From assembly GCA_965207735.1 (NCBI GenBank), contig OZ242296.1, forward strand, positions 5,024,001 through 5,088,000: DNA of 64,000 nt. The letters run 5' to 3'. The notes under the pieces were generated by a model. That model was not told the DNA's origin. It saw only the letters and a list, made by a program, of their open reading frames with translations, and searched no databases. Below are positions 38,925 to 48,671 of the stretch, one piece after another (position 1 is the first letter of the stretch; every line of letters starts with the position of its first letter). Both the position numbers and the translations under genes were made by a program. This DNA comes from Candidatus Versatilivorator sp. GTDB taxonomy: Bacteria; Acidobacteriota; Terriglobia; Versatilivoradales; Versatilivoraceae.

Positions 38925-40853
38925 CCGAAGTTCCTGACCCACCGACAAGATAACTCCTTTATCTTCAATCATCAATCAGGAATCTCAGGTTGTCTTGCCT
39001 GGGAACATCCTGATGAGCTCGAAGGCCCTTTGCTGTAGCGGGGTCGGCTCGGTCAATCGCTGGACTCGCGGACCATCGGGTTCGGAGGGCAATCGGCACT
39101 GGTGGCGGGCCCGCGTCGCCATCTGCGCCATCAACGTCTCCAGGCTCTGCAGCGGCAAGCCGTCCTCGGTGAGGCGTTTGCTCTTCTTCCGTTTGGCGGA
39201 GTCCGACGGCTGGGCCGCCAGCACCGGGTCTCGCCGTGCCCGTTCCGCTTCCAACTCCTCGTCATCGAACAGCAACGGAGCCAGGGCCAGCCGCAGATGC
39301 CACTGAACGTAATAGGCCAGCAGGCACAGGAACAGATGAGCCCGCACCCGGCTCTCCACCCGATGACGGATGGGGCGGATGTGCAGGTCGACGGTCTTGA
39401 GGGAGCGGAAGGCCCGCTCCACCCGCGTCAGGTCCTTGTAGCGGCGCACCACCGCGGCTGTTGGCAGGCGATCGGCTGGCTCGCTGGTCCTCAGCATGTA
39501 GAACCCGTCCAGTTGCGCCTCCCGGATGATGGCGTCGGTGCGCCGTTCATAGTGGAAGGACCCGTCTGCGATCTGGGTCCGGAAGTGTTTGGCCACCTGG
39601 AAGCGGTTCTTGACCCGGCCGACTTTCTCGGCGATCTCGGTCGCCGACAAGGGCGTGCGGGTCCGTCTGGCCACCTGGCGGGCGATTCCGGCCAGCGCCT
39701 CCTCGGTGGCTGTCAGCAAAGCCTCCCGCTTCCGCCGCCGATGCTCGGCCAGCAGCGGGTTGTGGCAGACGATGAGCCTCTCGCCCGGATAGTCCGGGCT
39801 GCGGACTTCGGCCAGATGACGCTCGTCGAACAGGGAGAGCTGAACCGCCTCGCTCTCCACCAGACGGCGTATCTGGTGGTGGCGCAGGGCTGAGACCCAC
39901 CCCACTCCCGGATGACGCTTCAGATGGCTGATCTGCGTCTCGGTCAGCAGCCCGCGGTCCCCCACCAGCACCACCCGCTCCAGACCAAACCGACCCCGCA
40001 CCTTCTCCACCTGATCCCCCACCGTGGTCGGATCCCCCGTGTTGCCGGCATAGGCCTGCACCGACAGCGGCCGCCCCATCTGGTCGGCCAGCACCCCGTA
40101 GACCACCATGGGCCGGTCCCGCCTGCCGTCCCGGTTGTGGCCGAACTGCATCAGCGAGCAGGTCTGGCCTTCGTAGTAACTGCTGCTGACGTCATAGAGC
40201 ACCGCATCCCCTTCCGCCAGGTGCCGCTTGGCCAGCTTGCGCTCAATCCGGTCCTGACGCTCCAGCAACCAGTCCATGGCCTCATAGAGATCGTCCTCGT
40301 CGGTGTCCTCAAGGGACAGTTCCTCACCCAACGTGGTGGTGTGCCAAAGACGGGTGGTGGCCAGCTTGGAGGCCGGATAGAGCAGACGCTGCAGGATCAT
40401 GGCCAAGACCCGGTCCCGTTGGGGAGAGGGTCGGGAATCGATCAGCGCCGGCAGCTTCAGCTGCCGCACCACTTCCAGCAGCAACTCGACGTGGCCATGA
40501 GGCAGGGAGCGTTCGATGGCGAAGAGTTGGTCGGGATGGACCAGGGGTTCGTTCTTGAGCACGCGCCGGAGGCGCTCGATCTTGTCCTTGGGCCAATGGG
40601 AGAGATTGGCCAGGGTGCGTTTATGGACCTTTTTACCCTCACGGCGGCCTTCGCGCAGGAGGATGGCAGGGGGAGAGTTGCGGTTGGGGACGGTTTCGAC
40701 GTACATGGGACTACGATATCACATACAACTATCATGTCAAGATAAATGCTAATCATATACATGGGAACAACACTCCACACGCCTCAATCCTCTTCCCCAA
40801 GAAAACAAATGGCTTAAGGCGATTTTTTGGGTGTAAAATGGGAGGAACTTCGG
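38925..40853 (-). mobile_element. IS1634-family insertion sequence
   Basis: IRs CCGAAGTTCCT / AGGAACTTCGG; 6-bp target duplication ACTAAG (38919-38924 and 40854-40859). Confidence 0.92.
38985..40706 (-). CDS. IS1634-family transposase (573 aa)
   Basis: LLREGRREGKKV.KRTLANLS, LYDVSSSYYEG, VGDRG, YKDL..VERAFRSLK, IRPIRH, RVRAHLFLCLLAYY. Confidence 0.92.
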   Translation of the reverse strand: MYVETVPNRNSPPAILLREGRREGKKVHKRTLANLSHWPKDKIERLRRVLKNEPLVHPDQLFAIERSLPHGHVELLLEVVRQLKLPALIDSRPSPQRDRVLAMILQRLLYPASKLATTRLWHTTTLGEELSLEDTDEDDLYEAMDWLLERQDRIERKLAKRHLAEGDAVLYDVSSSYYEGQTCSLMQFGHNRDGRRDRPMVVYGVLADQMGRPLSVQAYAGNTGDPTTVGDQVEKVRGRFGLERVVLVGDRGLLTETQISHLKRHPGVGWVSALRHHQIRRLVESEAVQLSLFDERHLAEVRSPDYPGERLIVCHNPLLAEHRRRKREALLTATEEALAGIARQVARRTRTPLSATEIAEKVGRVKNRFQVAKHFRTQIADGSFHYERRTDAIIREAQLDGFYMLRTSEPADRLPTAAVVRRYKDLTRVERAFRSLKTVDLHIRPIRHRVESRVRAHLFLCLLAYYVQWHLRLALAPLLFDDEELEAERARRDPVLAAQPSDSAKRKKSKRLTEDGLPLQSLETLMAQMATRARHQCRLPSEPDGPRVQRLTEPTPLQQRAFELIRMFPGKTT

Positions 40854-42015
40854 ACTAAGGCCCCCCTACGCATGGTCGTTAGTCCGTTCCTCACGGACGA
40901 CGACTTTGATGCGTTGACACAGGACGATGATCGATTAGTTTCTCTTGCGCAGCAAATTCTAATCGATGACGTGCCAGGAGAAGATGCTATTGTCCGTCAC
41001 ACACTTGAATGCCTAGCCTACCTCATCACGCAGAAACGGCTCATTCTGAAGTTCGCGGTGATGCGGCGGGCAATGTTCCACCCTAAGGTGTGGTTATTTG
41101 AGGACAGTGTGAATCGGGTAGCCCTTCACGGTTCGACGAACCTAACGAAGACCGCTCTTTCCCGCAATTGGGAACAGCTCACCCTGTCCCGTGACTGGAA
41201 GGGCGAGGAGGCGATCTTTCATGTCGAACGACTACGACATGAGTTCGATGATCTGTGGTCAGGTGGAGATGAAGATTGCTGCGTCCTTCCGCTGCCCGAT
41301 GCCGTCACTAGAAGGGTAATTGAGAGATACAAGACGAATGGCATGCCGGATGAAGACGTCCTTGGTGCGCTCTGGAGAAAGGCCCATGGTGTGGAAGTGC
41401 CTATGGCGCTACGCGACAGGCCACGGACGGCGGCACTGAAGATCCCGCGATGCCTTGTTTACGAGACAGGAGACTTTGCCCACCAAGGCATGGCCGTTAG
41501 AGCCTGGGAGGCATCCGGCCGCAGAGGCATTCTCGAAATGGCCACCGGCGCTGGCAAAACGATCACGTCGATGATCTGCGCCACAAGGTTGCAAAATGAA
41601 ATCGGGAATCTGCTCGTCGTCGTATCTGCTCCCTACCGCCCCTTGATCGAGCAATGGTGCGAGGAAATACTCGCATTTGGTGTCCGCCCAATTAATCTCA
41701 CCGCATTTAGTGGACTGGCGGCGCGCAACAGGGAAATCAAGCAGGTAGGCCGCCGACTGTATATGGGTTATTCACGCGCCGAGGTGCTGGTTGTCAGCAA
41801 CGACACGTTGTGCACAGAGCAGTTCATTCGATCCGTCTCAGAAGTCGGAGCTAACAAACTGCTGATTGGCGACGAGTGTCACAACCTTGGTGCAGCGTCT
41901 TTTACCGCAAACCCACCGGAGGAATTCAACTACCGGCTCGGCCTTTCCGCCACACCCATCCGCCAGTATGACGAAGAAGGAACGGAAGCTCTCATCGCTT
42001 TTTTCGGTGACATTT

Positions 42016-43502
42016 GAGCCTTTTGCAAAATTCGGAATCGGGCATGACATTGGGCTGGCAACAGTGATGTTCCGGCGGTGACTACCCAGCTGCAAAGACC
42101 CTTTTGAAGGAAAAAGCCCGAATCTGATGGCCGGATGGCCAGCGGTCGCCGGACGCAGGCACAGCTTACCCTCTCCCGGCCTTGAGGCGGGCGAACCTGC
42201 TGTGCGGTTGGGGGTGGCAACCCGGTCTTCAGAGCGTCAGGCGCATCAACTGATCCACCGTCAGGGCCAGAATGCCGAACATCAGGTGGCACCTCACCTT
42301 GTCGGGGCCGCGAACCCTCACCTGCCTCCCGCCAAACTCCTCCTTGAGCCGTCCGTTGACCCGCTCCACCGTCGAGCGTTCCCGGTAGCGCCGCGCCTCG
42401 GGAGTCACTTGGCCGATACAGCGCCGGGCCAGTGCCTCCCGCTTCCGCTCGGCTTTCAAGGTAGCTCTTCGGCGGGGGTTGACGTCAATAATCGGCACAT
42501 GCCCCAGCTTCTCACTGAAGGCCCGGATCTCCGGCGCATCGTAGGCGCTGTCCATCAAGTCGTAGAGACTCTCGACCCGCCTTGCCGTCAGCGTCGCCAG
42601 CGGAATGGCTGCCTGAGAGTCATGCACCGAGGCCGAGGTCAGCAGACAACTGACCGGAATCCCGCCGTCAATGGCGTCGAGGTGTAGCTTGTAGCCGGTC
42701 CAGCTCTCCTGATGCCCCTTGGCGTTGCGCTTGACGCCGATGTCGCAGGCCTTGGGCAACTCCTTCAACATTTCCTCCAGCGTCATCGACCCCTGCCGCT
42801 CCAGCCGGCTCAACCGCTTGGGCCGTCGCTCGCCCTTCGGCGGCCGGCCCCGCCGGCGTTTCCGCTTGGCCTCCGGCGCAGCCTTGGCCGCTGGCTTTTC
42901 CCGTCCCGCAATCGCCGTCGAGTCCCTCGACACATGCCCCGCCAAGTGGCCCTTCAGCGTCTCCTCCAGCAATGCCTCGTGCAAACGCCCCGGCAGGTCG
43001 CTCTCAGCGAATTCCGCAAAGGCCCGCGAGAAGGTCGACTCGCTCGGTACCTCCCACGCCCTCTCCCAGCCGCACAGCCGCCGCAGCCTCCCCTCACTCC
43101 TCAGCCGCTCCACCAATCCCCGCGTGGTCGCCACCTCCAGCATCGACTTCGCCAGATAGGCTCGCGCCAGCACTGCCCGATCCTCCAGCGGCCGGCCACG
43201 CCAGCCCCGACTGTAAGGCAGCAACTCCTCCACCCGCACCAACTCCAATACCTGCACCAGCCGCTGGTAACGCTCTCCCAGAGGCCCCAAAACTTCCTCC
43301 AGCAGGGGAAACAGCTCTCGTTGAAACCGGAACCAGTGTCGTGATAGGGTTTCCCTAAGGGGCAAGTTCCACCTCCGTTCATCATGTGGTTCAGACACCT
43401 TCATGATACAACAGACAGTGGTCTTGCCCCTCCTTCCACCTGCCCTCCTTGATCTTTCCCCACGTGAAAATTCCCGCTATCTGCGAATTTTGCAAAAGGC
43501 TC
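42016..43502 (-). mobile_element. IS5/IS1182-like insertion sequence
   Basis: 19-bp IRs GAGCCTTTTGCAAAATTCG; 4-bp target duplication ATTT (42012-42015 and 43503-43506). Confidence 0.9.
42229..43404 (-). CDS. DDE transposase (IS5/IS1182-like, 391 aa)
   Basis: PSESTFSRAF, RDSTAI, WTGYKLHL, SASVHDS, MDSAYD, RSTVERVNGRLK. Confidence 0.9.
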   Translation of the reverse strand: MKVSEPHDERRWNLPLRETLSRHWFRFQRELFPLLEEVLGPLGERYQRLVQVLELVRVEELLPYSRGWRGRPLEDRAVLARAYLAKSMLEVATTRGLVERLRSEGRLRRLCGWERAWEVPSESTFSRAFAEFAESDLPGRLHEALLEETLKGHLAGHVSRDSTAIAGREKPAAKAAPEAKRKRRRGRPPKGERRPKRLSRLERQGSMTLEEMLKELPKACDIGVKRNAKGHQESWTGYKLHLDAIDGGIPVSCLLTSASVHDSQAAIPLATLTARRVESLYDLMDSAYDAPEIRAFSEKLGHVPIIDVNPRRRATLKAERKREALARRCIGQVTPEARRYRERSTVERVNGRLKEEFGGRQVRVRGPDKVRCHLMFGILALTVDQLMRLTL

Positions 43503-44305
43503 ATTTGTTTCTCTTTTACTCTTGAAGAGGCGATCGGGAAGTGCCTTACCAACTATGACTACCACGTGCACCCTGTCGAGCTTAATATTGGAGAGATGCA
43601 GGAGTGGAGTGATCTTACAGACCAAATAGCGAGCCAAGCCTGGAAACTGGAATCCGGAAAGAGCAACGACCCCTATCTTGAAAACCTATTGCGCAAGCGC
43701 CGCCTAGTGCTGGAGACCGCAAGCACCAAACTTGACATGCTATCCCGTTTATTGGACACCGAGGGGCCACGCGATCTCCAATACACTCTAATCTATGCCA
43801 CTGACAAGAAGCCGGAGCAACTCAAAGAGGTGAACCGTTTGCTGGCGAGCCGACGTGTGTTGTTCCATCAGCTCACCCAAGAAGAAACAAATAGTCGCCA
43901 GCAAACCAATCGCATACTCTCGGCGTTCCAGGAAGGAGTGACTCAGGTGCTAACCGCCAAGCGTGTGCTGGACGAAGGTGTCAACATTCCGCAAATAAAG
44001 CTCGCCTTTATCCTTGCGAGCACTACGGTAAAGAGGCAGTGGGTGCAGCGCCGGGGGCGTTTGCTGCGCACATGCAAAGCCATCGGCAAAACTCACGCCG
44101 TGATTCACGATTTCGTCGTATTGCCGCCGGGCACATCCTCATCAAAGGTTGCCCAGCTTGATAAGGATGCACGCAATCTAGTACGTTCGGAATTAAATCG
44201 TGTCTGGGAATTTGCGCGACTCAGCCGTAACGGCCCACTACCTGGTGGGCCGTATGAAGCCGTGCAACACCTTCAGAGGCTGGCAAATGAAAGGGTTGTA
44301 CACTG

Positions 44306-44545
44306 ATGGCATACAACGACGATAGAATTCTTTTTGTACTTATCGGTGAGCTTGAAAAAGTGCCGGAAAGGTGCGAAGGCTATCGGGAAAGATTGAGACA
44401 CCTACTCCGTGACGTACTGCGCTACGAGGAGAAGCATGCACTGTCCAGGAGAACCATAGTCAAGGACATTGCCAACCTAGTGAATAAGGTTGGGATGAAT
44501 TTGTACAAGTCCCCACCGAAAGCTGACGAGCAAGAAGGCCGATGA
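44306..44545 (+). CDS. Small helical protein (PbeB position)
   Basis: 79 aa; start and stop overlap the helicase and the SMC-like ATPase. Confidence 0.75.
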   Translation: MAYNDDRILFVLIGELEKVPERCEGYRERLRHLLRDVLRYEEKHALSRRTIVKDIANLVNKVGMNLYKSPPKADEQEGR

Positions 44546-46656
44546 AGTTACTACACGCTCATATCGAGAGATTCAGACTGCTGAAGGATATTGCGATTGA
44601 GTTCTCCACGCACAGCGATCGTAATTTGACGGTTATTCGAGCCGCGAACGAGAGCGGCAAGACGACTCTGTTAACCGCATTACAGTGGGGGCTATTTGGA
44701 GACGAGGCGTTGCCGAACGATAAGGCTGAATTTCGCCTCAGCCCTATTGACACATCCTCTGGTGCAAGGGTGCCCGTTACAGTCTCTGTTGAAATCGACT
44801 ACGAAATAAGCAAGGGCAACGATGTCCGTAAGTACCGATTAATACGATTTGCTGGAGAGATCGCGAGCGGTGCAAAGTGGAAGCGCGATAGCACTAACAT
44901 CAAACTGTTTCGCCTAGGAGCGAACGGCGCCGAATCCCTTCGCAATCCAGAAGCCCATATCCATTCCCATTTGCCGAAGGAGTTGCGGGAGCTTTTTTTC
45001 ACTGACGGAGATCGTGCTCTGAGCTTCATTGAAGGCAGCAAGGGCGATCAAATGGATAGGGTTGAGGGTGCAATCCGCTCTCAGCTAGGCATTAGTGTCG
45101 TCGAAGATGCCCTCAACCACGCCCGCAAGGTCAGAACCGATCTAAATCAAAAGCTTCGCAAGAACGCTGGAAATCGGCAGGAACTTCAAACCGTGTCCGA
45201 CCGGCTAACGGCGTTGCATGAACAGATGCCTAGCCTTGAAAATGAGATCCGTAAGGCTAAGAAAGCCCGCCTCCGGCTCGAAGACCTGGAGGAGGATGCT
45301 GATCGAAAGCTTTCTGATGCCCTGCGTAAAGGGAACAGGGAAGAATTGGAAAAGCAGCGTCAATTAGTCAAACGCAGCCGACTGTCTGCAGAAAGGGATG
45401 CAACCCAGGCTGCTCGCGATCATGCGGATTTATTCAAGAGCGAACTTATTGGCAAGCAGTTGCTTGTCGGCCCATTCGCAAAGGCCAAAGCAGTGCTAGA
45501 CGGTCTGCACAAGCAGGGCAAGATACCGAACCAGACAATACCAGTTCTTGAAGACCGGCTAAACCAGCCTACCTGCATTTGCGGCGAAACACTTGAACCA
45601 AGTGAATTGAACGGCCGGCTACGCCGTACACACATCCAGCATTTGATCGAAGAGAGCCGCAATGCTGATGTGATCCAAGAGAAAGTCACAGCGCTCTATT
45701 ACGGGGCGCAGGAACTCTTGAGGCCAGTGAAGGAGCGCAAATGGTCCGATGAGTATAGCGATGTTTTTGGACGTCGCCAGAGAGCGTCAACTCGGCGCGC
45801 GGAACTCGGCGGGGCGGAGGCTGCTATAGAGGCGAAAATCAAGGCACTGCCGGATGTGGATATCCAACAGCTACGCACCGCCCGAAACCGTTATCGCGAC
45901 CAGTCCAAGGAGTTCCAGAGAAAAGAAATTCGCCTAAACGCACAATTAGAGACCACGCAGCGCGACATCAAGCTCAACGAAACAAAGAGAGAAAAACTCT
46001 CCCAACACGACGAGAAGAGCAGGCAGATTGCAGCAGAGTTTAAGGTTGCCGATGATTTGCTGCAAGTGCTTTCCAACGCGATTGAAACCATGAAGACGAG
46101 AGACCTTAAGAAGGTCAGCGATCGCATGAATGTTCTGTTTCTCGACATGATTGGCTCTGATCGGGCACAAAGGTCGATCATCACCCGCGCATCTATCACA
46201 CCTGAATTTCATATAGTCGTTTTCGGTCGAAACGACCATCCACTTGATCCTTCTCAGGACCTAAATGGCGCATCACGTCGTGCATTGACGATCGCTTTCA
46301 TTCTGGCTCTCGCACGTGTCAGTAAGGTGAAAGCACCCAACGTGATCGACACGCCTCTCGGAATGATGAGCGGTTACGTTAAACAAGCGGTTCTTCAACT
46401 CGCGTGCCAACAAAGCTCACAGTTAATTTTGTTTCTGACCCACTCAGAGATCGCCGGGTGTGAGGACATATTAGACGAGCGGGCCGGGCGCATTTATACG
46501 CTAACGAACCCTGCCCATTTCCCAAAGATTCTCGTTCATGACCCCGGGGTGGACGATGCGCAGGTATTATTGTGTAGCTGCAGCCACAGAACAACCTGTC
46601 AGGTGTGTGAACGGCGAGAGGTGGCAGACCTCAATGCTGAACAATTGAAGGCATAG
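44542..46656 (+). CDS. pbeC: SMC/Rad50-like ABC ATPase (PbeC/DndD-like) with a CxC hook
   Basis: Walker A AANESGKT, LFFTDGD, coiled coils around CICG, signature LNGASRR, Walker B VIDTP, H-loop FLTH; C-terminal CSCSHRTTCQVC. Confidence 0.85.
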   Translation: MKLLHAHIERFRLLKDIAIEFSTHSDRNLTVIRAANESGKTTLLTALQWGLFGDEALPNDKAEFRLSPIDTSSGARVPVTVSVEIDYEISKGNDVRKYRLIRFAGEIASGAKWKRDSTNIKLFRLGANGAESLRNPEAHIHSHLPKELRELFFTDGDRALSFIEGSKGDQMDRVEGAIRSQLGISVVEDALNHARKVRTDLNQKLRKNAGNRQELQTVSDRLTALHEQMPSLENEIRKAKKARLRLEDLEEDADRKLSDALRKGNREELEKQRQLVKRSRLSAERDATQAARDHADLFKSELIGKQLLVGPFAKAKAVLDGLHKQGKIPNQTIPVLEDRLNQPTCICGETLEPSELNGRLRRTHIQHLIEESRNADVIQEKVTALYYGAQELLRPVKERKWSDEYSDVFGRRQRASTRRAELGGAEAAIEAKIKALPDVDIQQLRTARNRYRDQSKEFQRKEIRLNAQLETTQRDIKLNETKREKLSQHDEKSRQIAAEFKVADDLLQVLSNAIETMKTRDLKKVSDRMNVLFLDMIGSDRAQRSIITRASITPEFHIVVFGRNDHPLDPSQDLNGASRRALTIAFILALARVSKVKAPNVIDTPLGMMSGYVKQAVLQLACQQSSQLILFLTHSEIAGCEDILDERAGRIYTLTNPAHFPKILVHDPGVDDAQVLLCSCSHRTTCQVCERREVADLNAEQLKA

Positions 46657-46658
46657 CG

Positions 46659-47117
46659 ATGTCTATAAATGCATTTGCGACATCTGATATTGAACTACCT
46701 GAGAAGTATCGGAAATACTTCCACGCTTATTGCCTTACGCGCACGGAAGGGTCTCAAAACAACCCCGAGGACAGTCCCTTCCCGAGAATGGTCGATATGT
46801 GGTTTCTAGCCCTTTGCATTGCCGTCAAGGAGGATCTGAAGCCGGAGTTCAATTCCACGGGGAAGACCTATAAGGCCATCCCGGGGGTCGTTTTCGGAAG
46901 CGATAGTTGGCGGTCTAACGCACTCATGCTTCTCGCCATCGCTCACACCGGTGACGTTGAGATCACCGACAAGCCGCATGAAATGATGAGAATTGCTAAT
47001 GGCTACGCATTGGCTGGATTGCCACGTCTCATAGGAATACTAAATGAACGGGAAGATGATACCGCGATTGACTATCTATCAGATATTGTCAAAGAGATGA
47101 CAACGGCTGGACCGTGA
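46659..47117 (+). CDS. Small protein resembling Dnd-associated protein 4 (PbeD position)
   Basis: PF..VDMWFLA...LLAIAHTGD...ANGYALAGL pattern; starts 2 bp after the ATPase stop. Confidence 0.65.
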   Translation: MSINAFATSDIELPEKYRKYFHAYCLTRTEGSQNNPEDSPFPRMVDMWFLALCIAVKEDLKPEFNSTGKTYKAIPGVVFGSDSWRSNALMLLAIAHTGDVEITDKPHEMMRIANGYALAGLPRLIGILNEREDDTAIDYLSDIVKEMTTAGP

Positions 47118-47977
47118 CGTAGTCACCGGATTATTCCCTTTCCAGGAAAGATTGACAGAGCGGCATTAACGAAAAACGATCTGTCAGGAGGTCTTTGGGG
47201 CGAGTCTTGTGGGATGAATTGAAGTGTCCTGCGGGAAGACTTTCCGGTCGGCTAAAAAAACAACAGGGAAAAGCAGGAGACCACAAGTGGCCTAAAAGGC
47301 CGAGAGAGGCAAGCCTAGGGGATGCACACCACCCGATATCTCCGATCCGCAGCAAGGGCAGCTTGCCACTCCACTTGATGGCCTCGGACTCAGGGTTGAT
47401 ACTCGGCTGACCTGTCCGCCAGTAACCATTCGGCAGAGCCGTGGAAGACGGTCGGTCGGCATCCTCCCCAAGCGATCAAGCCACATTGCGTCGGTGTCGC
47501 CGCTGAGCCACCAATGCAGCGGCTCGACCACCCCCCGGACAGGCGAGCCGCGAAACCCCGCTAAACAGCTGGCGAACCGACCATATCGTTCCGACACCGC
47601 GGGTCCCATCTCCGCTGTCTGCCCCCGGTCCCGATAGAGGTGGAAGGGGGATGCTTCGTCGGTTGCTCGGTCGGCGTAGAGGATAAACCTGCAGGAGGTC
47701 AAGCCCACGGCTTGACCGAACAGTTACCGTCCATGAACGTCCTGGATGGTCCAATGGATTCCCATATAGAAAGAGGGATTTATTGAGGGGAATGCAGCTG
47801 GCATATCCTGGCTAAGTCCTTTATAAGTAATAGGTTACAGTTGATTAATTGCAGTCCGTGCAGCGGCCTCTGGTCCTATTAATCCTGTCTCTTTCCAAAA
47901 CGCAAACAGCTGGCTGTTTCTCCTCTGAATGACCCGTCCCGTCGTCGGGGACGGGGGGTCGCCTGACCATCGTGCCG

Positions 47978-48010
47978 TCTGATACTGTTATGATATCATT
48001 ATGATATTAA
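47978..48010 (+). promoter_or_regulatory. Probable TA autoregulatory operator/promoter
   Basis: Palindrome ATGATATCAT (47990-47999) and repeated TGATA boxes just upstream of the RHH antitoxin. Confidence 0.5.
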
Positions 48011-48030
48011 ACTTGCCGAAGGAGGTCGAT

Positions 48031-48273
48031 ATGCCAGACGTAGCGCTTCGTGGAATTCCCGATTCCCTGCACCGGGAACTCAAGTCATCTGCGAGTCGGA
48101 ACCACCGCAGCCTCAATGGGGAGATCCTCGCGAGGTTAACGGAGTCGGTTCGCCCTGAACCGGTAGACCCGCAGGACCTCCTGAATCGCATCCGGCAGCG
48201 AAACGAGAAACTTGGACCGGTCGATCTCAGTGAGGCCACGCTACGTGAGATGCGGAACTCCGGACGACCATGA
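48031..48273 (+). CDS. Arc/FitA-like ribbon-helix-helix antitoxin
   Basis: VALRGIPDSLHRELKSSASRNHRSLNGEILARL; GGAGGT RBS; overlaps the PIN gene. Confidence 0.88.
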   Translation: MPDVALRGIPDSLHRELKSSASRNHRSLNGEILARLTESVRPEPVDPQDLLNRIRQRNEKLGPVDLSEATLREMRNSGRP

Positions 48274-48671
48274 TTGTAGTTGACACGAATGTGATGGTTC
48301 GTCTGGTAGTGGGCGGAGCAGACGGCATCGAGGCGGCCATGTTGTTCGAGCGGGAGACTGAGTGGGCGGCCCCCAGCATCCTCCTGAGTGAGTTGCAAAA
48401 CGTCCTGGTCGGCTTCGTGCGCCGGGGCGCGGTAACCTCGGAGCAGGCCAAAGCGATGAGCGATGACGCTGCTGTCGTTCTGGGACACCGCATCGCCAGC
48501 GTGCCTGGAAACCAGGTGATTGATGTCGCGCTGGAGTGCGGCCTGACCGCCTACGATGCCGAGTTCGTCGCGCTCGCTCGAACCCTGGGCGTTGGGTTGG
48601 CTACTCTGGACAACGCGGTCCTGCACGGCGCCGCAGACGTGGCAGTGTCGTTGCGGACTCTGGTGCGCTAG
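48270..48671 (+). CDS. vapC: VapC-family PIN-domain toxin
   Basis: IVVDTNV, ELQNVL, LTAYDAEFVALA, LATLD; the TAG stop lies inside the CTAG target of the adjacent IS. Confidence 0.92.
   Translation: MIVVDTNVMVRLVVGGADGIEAAMLFERETEWAAPSILLSELQNVLVGFVRRGAVTSEQAKAMSDDAAVVLGHRIASVPGNQVIDVALECGLTAYDAEFVALARTLGVGLATLDNAVLHGAADVAVSLRTLVR

Larger units (their letters stand above)
38673..44306 (+). pseudogene. pbeA: PLD-nuclease plus SF2 (DExH) helicase, PbeA-like, split by two IS elements (reconstructs to 735 aa)
   Basis: Segments 38673-38924, 40860-42015 and 43507-44306 total 2208 nt in frame (RNTK|APLR, GDI|CFSF). Motifs FHPKVWLFED..GSTNLT, MATGAGKT, DECH, LGLSATP, LDEGVNIP, QRRGRLLR. Confidence 0.85.
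28433..47864. mobile_element. Tyrosine-integrase genomic island carrying a phosphorothioation/defence operon
   Basis: Integrase at the left end; AT-rich att-like stretches at 28440-28590 and 47750-47855; direct repeat CCGTGCAGC at 28433-28441 and 47856-47864; cargo is visibly lower in GC. Exact ends are tentative. Confidence 0.6.

Noticed and set aside
47131-47754. Several short ORFs at the island's right end
   Set aside because: No recognisable motifs or RBS, and they overlap each other; treated as non-coding or decayed.
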